Assembly (NCBI RefSeq): GCF_036321535.1
Contig: NC_087438.1
Coordinates: 7,752,001 to 7,816,000, forward strand
Length of the DNA: 64,000 bases
Origin: Camelus dromedarius
Lineage: Eukaryota
Direction of reading: 5' to 3'
A program made the position numbers and the translations under genes. A model generated the notes under the pieces. That model did not search any database. It was not told where the DNA came from and worked only from the letters and a program-made list of their open reading frames with translations. Below, in pieces: positions 54,440-64,000 of the stretch (position 1 is the first letter of the stretch; each line of letters opens with the position of its first letter).

Positions 54440-55209
54440 AGGAGATCTCCTTTGTATGTAACAGACATTTCAAACTTTCAATCCAAATCCAAACTCCTGA
54501 TTCTATCAGCCTGTGTCCTCTGTCCTTTTACCATTTGTAACATTTTGCACTCCATCCTTCAGCAAGTCCTTCAGAAATACCTTTCCCACCCCTTCTGCTA
54601 CAGCTCTGGGCCAGCACAGCAGGATCTCCTTCCCAGACTCCTGAAATCACTTACTCACTGACCATCTTGCTTTCCTGCAGTCTCATCTCCAACTAGCAGC
54701 CAGAGGGGACTTCAAGAACTGTGTATCCCATCACGCTCTGCCCAGCCCGAATCTTCAGACTCCTTGTCTAGGCTTAAAGTCTTCCCTCACTCACCATCAC
54801 CATCCCCGACCAATCCTGCCTCATTAACCAGCAGCAAAACACTGACCTCACCGTTTCAGGCACGTGCCAAGCTGCCTCCTGCTGCAGGGGTTTTGCTTTG
54901 CTGCTCCCTTTGCCCAGAAAGCTCTCTCTCCACCTGGCTCTCGTCCACCATTCAGGATTCCACTGGGTGTCAACCCCTCGGAGAAGCCTTTTCTGACCCG
55001 CCCAACATCCTCCCCACGTTGTTACACTCTCATCCATTAAGTGATTCTATTCACACCCAAATCAGAAAGTGACTATTGTTTGCTTCCTGTTGAAACTGTT
55101 TCCATCATTATATCATATGCTCCAAGACGCAGACACTTTGATGCTCTGCTGGGATTAGCACACACTGGACACTCAATACTCATCAAATTCATGAAAGAAA
55201 GAATAAATG
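54440..55209 (+). mobile_element. LINE-2 3' portion
   Basis: 'caaactttcaatccaaatccaaactcctgatt...gcagccagagg...gaagccttttctgacc...cactcaatactc' ending in an (GAAT)-like tail. Confidence 0.75.
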
Positions 55210-55270
55210 TATGTTGTACACCAGAAACTGACACATTGTAACTGAGTAGACTTCAATTAAAAAAAAAAAA
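55210..55270 (+). mobile_element. Very short L1 3' terminus and poly(A) inserted in the L2 tail
   Basis: 'tgttgtacaccagaaactgacacattgtaactgagtagacttcaattaaaaaaaaaaaa', followed by resumption of gaatgaatgaatg. Confidence 0.8.
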
Positions 55271-57179
55271 GGAATGAATGAATGAGGAGGTAATTAATTC
55301 CACATTTTCAAAGTCAACAGACAAGGAGAAAATTATGCTAACCTCTTGAAATATCCAGCTATTTCTTCGTACAAGATCTTGGCAACTGTATTAAACAATC
55401 ACATTAGACATTTATGGTATGAGAGCTGAATTGTGGCACTTCCACTCTGAAAGCAGGACTTCCTTATGTTTAATTAGTCCCCAGGAAGTTTGAAATACTC
55501 TGCTCATTGTCTCCATAATGATACTTTCCACATAGATAAGAAATTATGATCTAGCATAAAATTCGCACTGTAGTCTTAATTAGCTTCAAATGTAATCCCT
55601 AAATCTTGCCTGGTGTTTCTTACCACACAGTTGGCTGCTTTTCTTTACTTGGTAAAGCTCCCCCGGGCACTGCAGCTCGAAAATGGTACGTGCGGAAACA
55701 GCTTGTGCAAACCCAGCTAATGCATCAGAGACGCACATTCAACGAACGTCAACCCCTGGCCACGTGGGAGCAACGGGAAGGTCATCCCCGGAGTTCTGGG
55801 GGCAGTGGCCTCCAAACCAGACCCTGCGCGCCCTGGGACTTCATGAACATTCGCCGAGGGAATGCTGAGCTTGGGGTTTTCAAGGAATCCATTTCCAGAG
55901 CCTCAGCTTCCCCGTGTCCTCTTACAACAAACCTGATCTGCCTGGAAACCTGTTGTGTGCACGTTCGCAGCTTCCCCGTCTCGCTGTACAGAAACTAGTC
56001 CACTCCCTCCCTGCTCCCAAGTGGCAGGCGTCCTCTGAGACCAAACCAAGGGTCTTGCACAGGGTTGGTGTCTGGGTTGAAAAGGAAACAACTCTAATGA
56101 TGGGCAGTTCATCTTTTTTTTTTTCCCCAAAGAGGCAAAAATAATATTTTATTCAAAAATAAAACTGACACATCCCTCTTACAAATATACCTAAGAAATC
56201 TGAACACCACAGTTTAATATCCACCATCATCCTTTTCAATAATATGTAAGTTCTTCATTAATGTTAGAAATGATATATAATTACTGTTGCTTCTTGAACA
56301 TTTGGCCATTCCACATTCCCCAAGAAATGCACCTTGATTGATGTATTCTATACTTAAAAGCCTCTTATTGAACATTCTTTCCACATCCTTGGCAGCAGTT
56401 TATATTCCCAAAGAAGTTTCCCCTTCTTTACCTTCTCCAACATTGAAGGAGAACCTGCTCAGATCATCACCGACAGATAACTAAAAATAACTTCTGATGG
56501 TGGATCCTAGTGAGAATTTGAAATAAAACATGTAAGAAGTTGAAATAATCAGGTGGCATTGCTATGAAGAAAGATCTTTTATTCCCTTCACCTTATCTAT
56601 GTAAGTGATGTTCCTTGGTATTTAAATCTATAAACACACAAAAAGATGACAATAGAATGATACTGAATCCTGCTCATTCAAGCTATAAGTAATTTTAATT
56701 TTTGAATATTTGAATTTATTGGGATAAAAGGGCCCATCACCTAAGGGATTCATTTCAAATATAATTTTACTTTTTATATTTAAAAATTTTAATCAAGATG
56801 TATGATACAGACGTTTTGATCAATTATACCTACTAATAACTACAGTAACAACAATGCGTAAGACAATTTTAACTTAAAGCCTAATATAAGGAATATTTTA
56901 ACAATAAACTTTAATTTGTATATATTTTGTTTGCAGAAAGAATATTCAATAAGAGACGTTTAAGCATAGAACATCTCAGTCAGGGTGAAATTCTTGGGGA
57001 ATGTGGAATGGCCACATGTTCGAGAAGCAACAGAAATTGTATATCATTTTTAACATTAATGAAGAAGTCACTTACATATTATTTAAAAGGATGATGGTGG
57101 ACATTAAACATTATGGTATTCAGATTTTTTTAGGTATATTTAAAAGAAGGATGTGTCAGTTTTATTTTTGAAATGCCCC

Positions 57180-57237
57180 ACAGGGAACTACATCCTTGGT
57201 AACAGTTTACAGGGAACTACATTCTTGGCAACAGTTT
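57180..57237. repeat. 29-bp tandem duplication with 2 mismatches
   Basis: acagggaactacatccttggtaacagttt / acagggaactacattcttggcaacagttt. Confidence 0.93.
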
Positions 57238-57261
57238 ATATTTAAAAGTATGATTCTCTGC

Positions 57262-58170
57262 ATTAAAAGAGACCATCAATGAAATGAAAAGGCAGCCTAC
57301 AGAATGGAGGAAAATACTTGCAAATTATGTATCTGATAAGGAGTTGTTATCTAAAATATATAAAGAACTCACACAACAACTAAAAAAAAAAAAATCCATA
57401 CAATCAGATTAAAAATGATCTGAACAGACATTTTTCCAAAGAAGACACCCAAATGGCCAATGAGTGCAAGAAAAGATGCTCAACTTCACTAATCATTGGG
57501 AAAATGCAAATTAAAACCATAATGAGACATTCCCTCCCATCTGTTAGAATGGCTAGTAACAGAAAGACAAGTGTTGGGGAGGATGTGGAGGAAAAGAGGT
57601 CCTTGTGCACTGCCGGTGGGGATGTAAACTGGTACAGCCACATGGAAAACAGTATGGAGGTTCCTTAAAAATTAAAAAGATAATTATCATATGATCCAGC
57701 AATTCCACTTCTGGCTATTTAAGGGGAAGAAAATCACTGTCTCAGAAAGATACCTGCACCTCCATGGTCACTGCATCATTATTTATGACAGCCAGTACAC
57801 AGGAGCAACCTAAGTGTTGGTGGTTGAATGGATCAAGAAAATGTGATACACACAATAGAATATTATTCAGCCATAAAAAGAAGCAAATTCTGTCATACGG
57901 ATGGACTTTGAGGGCATTACAAAAAGTAAAATCAGTCAGAGAAAGACAATTACTGTATGATCTCACTTACATGTGAAATCTAAAAAAAAAAAACAAACAA
58001 AAAAAACCCCAACAAACCACACACACACACACACACACACAACACCCAAACTCAGATACAGAGAACAGATTGGTGGTTGCCAGAGGTGGGGGCATCAGGG
58101 AAATGGATGAAGGTGGTCACAAGGTACACACTTGTAGTTATAAGATGAGTAAGTCCTGGAGATATAAAAA
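57262..58170 (+). mobile_element. L1 (L1MA-like) ORF2 end and 3'UTR
   Basis: ORF 57453-57668 [22 protein letters not shown] is L1 ORF2. 3'UTR 'cagattggtggttgccagagg...gttataagatgagtaagtcctggaga'. Confidence 0.9.
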
Positions 58171-58499
58171 AACATGAGAGGGATTAAATAGTTCTCTAAA
58201 AAGGAAAAATATGTGGCAGAGCCCTGCATCAGTAGTTCCATTAATAATCTGCAATCACTGATTTATCAATAAACTAACAGACCCCTCCTCCAGCCTGCGT
58301 GGTCAAACCTGTCAAGGCGATTACCAGGCACGAGGGGAGATCAGACCCAGGAAACGCCAGGAGCAGCAGGAAAACAGAATAAATTGACTTCAGAACTTCA
58401 AGGAGAAGAGAATAGACCATCCTCATGTCCTGTTGCCCCTCCAAGTAATGACCCTGGCTTGATTCAGCCCAGTTATGGGGCTAATCTTGTATTACTGCT

Positions 58500-58660
58500 C
58501 TTTTTTTATTGAGATATAGTTGATGTACAATATTATATAAGCTACAGGTGCACAACACAGTGAGTCACAATTTTTAAAGGTCATACTCCATTCACAGTTA
58601 TTATAAAATATTGGCTGTCGTCCCTGTGTTGTGCAATATATCCTTGTAGCTTATTTATTT
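58500..58660 (-). mobile_element. Short L1 3' end
   Basis: 'ttttattgagatatagttgatgtacaatatt...ttataaaatattggctg..tccctgtgttgtgcaatatatccttgtagcttattt'. Confidence 0.85.
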
Positions 58661-59062
58661 TATCGGGCGGTAGAGAGACGGGCCTGAGCTGACCTGACCC
58701 ACCGCTTATTATAATGTAACTAGCCCCTTGGTTTAGACCACAGTGCGATTTTCTATACGCACCGTGGGCAAGGACATGCACAAGAAGGAAAAGGTTATAT
58801 AACCTACACGCGCCACTCAAATGATGTCAGCTATCAAGTTAGCTTCAGGCAGCCCCTAGGCAACCACACAAAAGAAACGGGGACTGGGAGGGGGTGGGGG
58901 TCGCTGTTTTCCTCTCTTGGATCAGCCCGCCTTCAGTTCCTGAAGCTGTACTTTTGCTTTGCTAATAAAATCCTTAATTACACAACTCTTTCGTCTCCTG
59001 TCTGAATTCTTCTTTTTTGGGCAAGATAAGAACCGAGGCCTTTTTTCCCTTTCTGCGGTAAC
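58661..59062 (+). mobile_element. ERV solo LTR retaining CpGs
   Basis: Poly(A) signal 'gctaataaaatcc', U5-like 'tctgaattcttctt...caagataagaacc', terminal 'ggtaaca'. Confidence 0.7.
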
Positions 59063-59511
59063 ACAATGATCTAAAATCAAACTTCTCTTATCAAAGCAAA
59101 CCAGAAGTGCAGTATTCTTCTTAAAAGTTCTGCAGAATACTTAGAGAGGCAGGTAATGAATTCATCAAGTCAAGAGTCGAGTCTGGATCCATTTCAAATC
59201 CACTCGCTGGACTAGCAGATTTGTTTGTCTAGTTAGACTAACCGGCATTCTAGGTAGTTGCTGCTTGTTTACTCCGCATCCAGTTGAACTGGAGCACTCA
59301 GCTGCCTTCCAGAGCCCCTGGGAGCAGGTGGCTTGCAGACGAAGCAGTGGGGGCCACACCGTGGGTGTTACTGTCATTAGTACTGTCTCCTGTCGGCAGT
59401 TTTCCTCCACTTCCCCAACACTGCTCTCCAAGCATCACTCTCATTTCAAACCCCCATATCCTCCGCTCCATCCCAGCCTACAGTCAGCCAGCTCAGTTGG
59501 GGTGATCACGG

Positions 59512-60169
59512 TGAGACAGGAGGGAAGTGGGCAGGGCACAGCCATTCAAGGAATGACAGCAATTAACACCAAAATGGCAGAAGATTCAACCCTCACTAGG
59601 CCTTGAGGATTAAGACGGCAGGAGATTTGACTTCTAGTAGAACTTGAGCTTCATTATACGCCCATTATAATATATTAACATGGTGAATAACATGCCCACA
59701 GGTGCCACGACAGCTCCAAGGCTAACCACAAAAGGTCAAAGAGTGGGCGGTGGACCGATTCCTGGGAATCCCAGCCCCTGCCCCAGGGTAGCTGCAATAA
59801 TCCTCCCACTTGTAAGCATGGAGCTACCGAGCCCATTAAAAACTGGCAACACCACGCCTCGTGGCCACCTTTCTCGTTCCCTCCTCTTCGAAGACAGCCA
59901 CAGTCTGTCTATGGAGTGTGTACCTACTTTTACTTCAACCTGAGCACCCAACCCCCACACCTCATGGCCTTTCTCTTGCCTTTTGAAGCAGCCCACACTC
60001 TATGCAGTATGTATCTCTAAATAAATCTGCCTTTACTCAACTGTGGCTCGCTCTTGAATTCGCTCCTGCGTGAAGCCAAGGACCCACACTTGGCGGGGCA
60101 CATCCCAGGGTCTCAACCGAGATCTGGGACACGCCATCCTCATGCCCCACATCCATTTTTCCTGCGTCA
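59512..60169 (+). mobile_element. ERV1-type LTR, long variant
   Basis: Starts TGAGACAGGAGGGAAG, contains 'ctaaataaatctgcctttactc...ctcgctcttgaattc', ends '...cctgcgtCA'. Homologous to 61600-62043. Confidence 0.85.
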
Positions 60170-61599
60170 CTGGGAGCCAGCTGGGAAACTGAAAAGCAGC
60201 GTGGCTGGACGTGCTGTCTTCAGTCAACGTGGGAAGAAGACAAAACCTGACTCAGTCCGTCCTTTCCCATCTGCACCTAATCACCGTGGATGCAATCATG
60301 TTCACGCGTCTGAGGTCACTGACCCGTTTACGATGGGCTTTGTTGCAAGTTGTACTTAATTACTGAATACTCACCATTCATTGTTTGCTGCTCATAGATC
60401 GTTACTATCCAACTGAGCAGCACAGGCACATGCTTACCGTTTAAAATGTTGATCCAGGGAGGCCCTGTACTTTGCAATTCAAATGTGCTTAGCTAGTTCT
60501 AGTCCTTTGCCTAATGGGAAGTAGGTAGCTGAACAGCTCCTCTATTCCCTCCTGTAATGATGCTTCAGAAACAATACCCTCTTCTTCACTCAACAAATAC
60601 CTCTGTCAATATTCATCACCTACCCTGCCTCTTTTTATTCACTACCTCTTCTCCCCCAGTCTGGACCAATAGTGAGAACTGGTGAGAACGGGGTACAATT
60701 CCAGTACTGCTCCTCTGGGTGAGTGTCACAGCTAAGGTGATGCTTAACGCTAGGATATACAGTATCAGGGCAAGTGAGGAATGTTCAATGAGGCCAACAA
60801 AATTACTCCTTGGGTATTCTCACTGTCTGACAGTGCTTAGGTCAGTAGATTAGCATCCTGCCAAAAAAAAGGTCATACGTTCGATCCTCAAGGCAATCTC
60901 GCTGTAGCCGGTGAAGCCTCCACACCAAACGTCCAGGACTCCAGATTCAGAAGCACCTTAAAGCACACCCCGCCTAGCATCACCTCTGCACACCAAAAAC
61001 ACACTTTTGAAACCATTCAGGCCTAGGTACACGGTAGCAGCGAGAACAGTGTATCTGGGAAGTGATAAGTGGCTTTAGTTCAAGAGCAGCAGCTCTCAGA
61101 AAGGTAAGGCTAGTACCGCCCGGTGCTGTTGAAGGATGGCTGTGAGGCAGGGTTATGTCTCGAAGTATTAACTTGTATATTTTGTTTATTTTTCTTCTGC
61201 TTCGCTTGCTCATTGGTACCCTGAGGGGATTTTTTTTCCTTCCTTAACCCACACCCAGGCAGAGACACAATCTCAGAGGATCCACGGGCCTGAGTAGTAG
61301 AGGGAACATCTGGATGCTGCTTGAAGAATCAGTTTCAGGTTCCAAAGATCAGCTGAGTCTGGAGCCGTGGGAAGGTGTACCGGGGGAAGAGCAGAGCCTC
61401 CAGGGCTCCCATCTAAGCCTGCTGGACACTGGCAGGCTTCCCAGGTGCGGGGGAACTCAGACACCCTGAGTGGGGAAGGACGTGTCAACGGGAAACGCTG
61501 CCTCCATCAGAACAATTCAGACGGTCTCAGTAGCCTTCCCAGCACTGAACTCTACTGTCAGTCTTAGATTTGCATTTGATGCTTTCAACAAGCTTTTTA

Positions 61600-62043
61600 T
61601 GAGACAGGAGGGAAGGCAGCAGGGCACAACCACTGAAGGAATGACACAGCCATTGAGGACAGGACAAACTGGTTAGAACCAAGAGGGCAGAAGATTCAAC
61701 TTCCAGTAGACCTAGAGCCTCAGGGCACACCCACAGGTGCCATGACAGTTCCTAGCTGACCATAAAAGGTCAAAAAGTAGGTGGGGCCCAATTCCTGGAA
61801 ATCCCCACCCCTTCCCCAAAGTAGCTGGAATAATCCTCTTACTGGTCAGCATATGAAATTACTAGGCCCACAGAAGCTAACAACCCTGCATCTCATGGTC
61901 GCGCTCTCTCCTGCCTCCCGAGGCAGCCCGCACGCACTCTGTCTATGGGGTGTGTGTCTCCCGGAATAAACTTACTTTCACTTTACTGTGCCTCACTCTT
62001 GAATTCCTTTCTGCACGAGGCAAGAATTTATTTTCTGGCAACA
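61600..62043 (+). mobile_element. ERV1-type solo LTR with 4-bp TSD (TTTA)
   Basis: TG...CA termini, AATAAA at about 61965, TTTA at 61596-61599 and 62044-62047. Confidence 0.88.
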
Positions 62044-62543
62044 TTTACACTCATCCTCTTGATTAAATTAGTCTTTAAACATAAAGAGCTTTATTAAGCA
62101 GAAGGGTAAAGTCAGAACCCTTTGCCAGACTGAAGAGACTCAAGACAGCTTCATGAAAGTGTGTGTTATGAAAGATGATTCTGAAACAGGCAGCTAATGC
62201 CCACTTGATATTCGTACTATGTATAAATATATTTGCAAGAATTCCTGCTTTGTTTTGACTGTAGATACCAATGCCATTAATGGCAGTGTTAATGGAAATC
62301 AGCTATTTCAAAGCCATTACCCATCACATACAATAATGTAAGGAGGAAGTCTGAATCAGAGTGCTGGAGAAAATTTCTGTGTCTGTCGCAATCAAAGAAA
62401 TGGAATATTTCAGAGAAAAATACTCACAGAAAATAATGACTTCACATTTAGACTGTAGTCATAAAAAATTTCAAAATTGGCAGAAGTTTTCCAGGAGACT
62501 AGGAGGCTGTTTTTGTTTATGATGGGCCATACAGAGCTCTAAG

Positions 62544-62650
62544 GCAGCAGTTCTCAACCTTGGCTAGATATTACAGCCCCCCAGGGAGCTTAAAAATAAG
62601 TGCTAATAATTGAGCTTCTCAGGGGATGGGTTTGGGCGATTCCAATATAC
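62544..62650. mobile_element. MER5-like fragment
   Basis: 'cagcagttctcaaccttggct...ttacagccccccagggagcttaaaaata'. Confidence 0.6.
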
Positions 62651-63079
62651 AACTGCATCAAGAATCGTGTTCTAAAAAAATGTTTCTCATCTGCTTTGGT
62701 TTACATATGAAAAATAAGGTGTGGAGCTCTATTTTTAGGGGCGTAGTGGAGGTGGTGTTCAAGGTGAGGAAGGAGGTTGAGGGTAGGTCCGTATATCTCA
62801 TTTGTCCAACATGCTATGCTATAAGTTATTGCTGCAAACCAATTTTGAATGATTAGGAAAATCTACAAATGACAATGAGAATCCGGTTGCTGAAACCACA
62901 ATATTATGACTTCAACCTATTGTGCATTCGAATAAAAGCTAGTAAGTATGCCAGAAGCCAGAACAGCCCCGTTCCGGGGGTTCCAGTGGCAAATGATGAA
63001 GACACTTCCCTTGCTCCTCTGGAGCTCAGAACACCTAGCAGAATGGTGCAACACCTCCCCGGGGCTGTCATCACATTCA

Positions 63080-63520
63080 CACGCTGCCAGGCATTCTCAG
63101 GACTCTCAAAAGAAGCACAAAAAGAGAAAACAGAGAAAGATACTTTTCTTGTTCCTAAAGAGCTGTCAGCTCGGCCGAGGAGATGACGCTATTACATCTG
63201 AAGCATCATGCACTCACATGGGTCTTGCATACAGTATTTCTTATGTGCTAAATTTGGGGGGATACGTTGATAAATATGAAAGCGTTCGAACAGAGCACAA
63301 AGTTAAAGAGCTTTGTAAAAGGGTGGAACCTGAATTTGTCTTGGAGGATGGGTAAGGAGTGGGTAGGAAAGGAGGTGAGAGAGCAGCTGTGGGTGGTGCG
63401 GGACAGAACGGCTGCAGTGGGGGGAGAAGGTAAGGGCAGGGACACTTGGGAAGAGAGCCCAACAGGAAGGACGGCTGTGAACTCAGAAACAGTGAGTATT
63501 GGTAAGTATTGAGGCTGGAC
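63080..63520 (-). mobile_element. LINE-2 3' fragment
   Basis: 'tgccaggcattctcagg...ttgttcctaaagagctgtcag...gaatttgtcttggaggatgggtaagga' fits antisense L2. Confidence 0.5.
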
Positions 63521-63829
63521 AGAAACAGCGAAAGTAAAATGATTTAAGGTCTGGAAAATGTACGTTGTGCAGGGATCTTAACATCTCCTTTGACTCAGAA
63601 ACTGATCACTGGGCTGTGATGCACAGAGAAATCTCTGGAATCTGTAGGTGCTCAGCTTCCAAGCCCAACTGTAGGTTGAATACTGATCATGCTTGAATTT
63701 GAATTCAGGGGTACAAACTGAATTTAAGTGAAGCCCAGACAGCTAAAATATGTCCTAGATGGACTCAGCCCTCCACCTTAGCCACCCAATAGAAGAAATG
63801 GGGTGTCTTTTTTTGGAGGTATGTCTTAT

Positions 63830-64000
63830 CTACTTCAGTCAATTCTAATATTTTAACACACAATGTCTAGCATAAATAACAAATCACAAGACACGCAAAG
63901 AAGTAGGAAAATGTGGCCAAAAATTAGGAGAAACGATAGTCAATGCAGGCAGATTTCACAAGTTATCCAGACATTAGAATAAGCAGACAAGGATTTTATC
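63830..64000 (+). mobile_element. Old L1M/HAL1 ORF1 5' fragment running off the window end
   Basis: 'aaatcacaagacacgcaaagaagtaggaaaatgtggcc...ccagacattagaataagcagacaaggatttta'. Confidence 0.65.

Noticed and set aside
59512..62043. Two similar LTRs as the ends of one provirus
   Set aside because: They differ in length and structure, the second has its own TSD, and the 1.4 kb between them shows no PBS or gag/pol/env remnant that I could recognise.

Overview
This is eutherian mammal genomic DNA. It is probably camelid, judged from recalled L1 3'-end families and the absence of Alu, Bov-tA and PRE-1 SINEs. The whole window appears to lie inside the delta-catenin gene CTNND2, transcribed on the minus strand. 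Two coding exons are present: 26093-26303 (211 nt) and 12087-12171 (85 nt). They splice in phase and encode the C-terminal armadillo repeats ([15 protein letters not shown]...[32 protein letters not shown]). The rest is intron, rich in L1, L2, MIR, MaLR/ERV LTRs, MER DNA transposons and microsatellites. Almost all ORF-track entries are noise or decayed L1. I found no novel multi-gene system. The most interesting observation is a short L1 3'-end insertion with a 12-bp target-site duplication (TSD) inside the 3' splice site of the 85-nt exon. It displaces the apparent ancestral branch point by 230 nt and creates new candidate acceptors, one of them in frame. Repeat family names come from recalled consensus sequences, and repeat boundaries are approximate unless a TSD is given.
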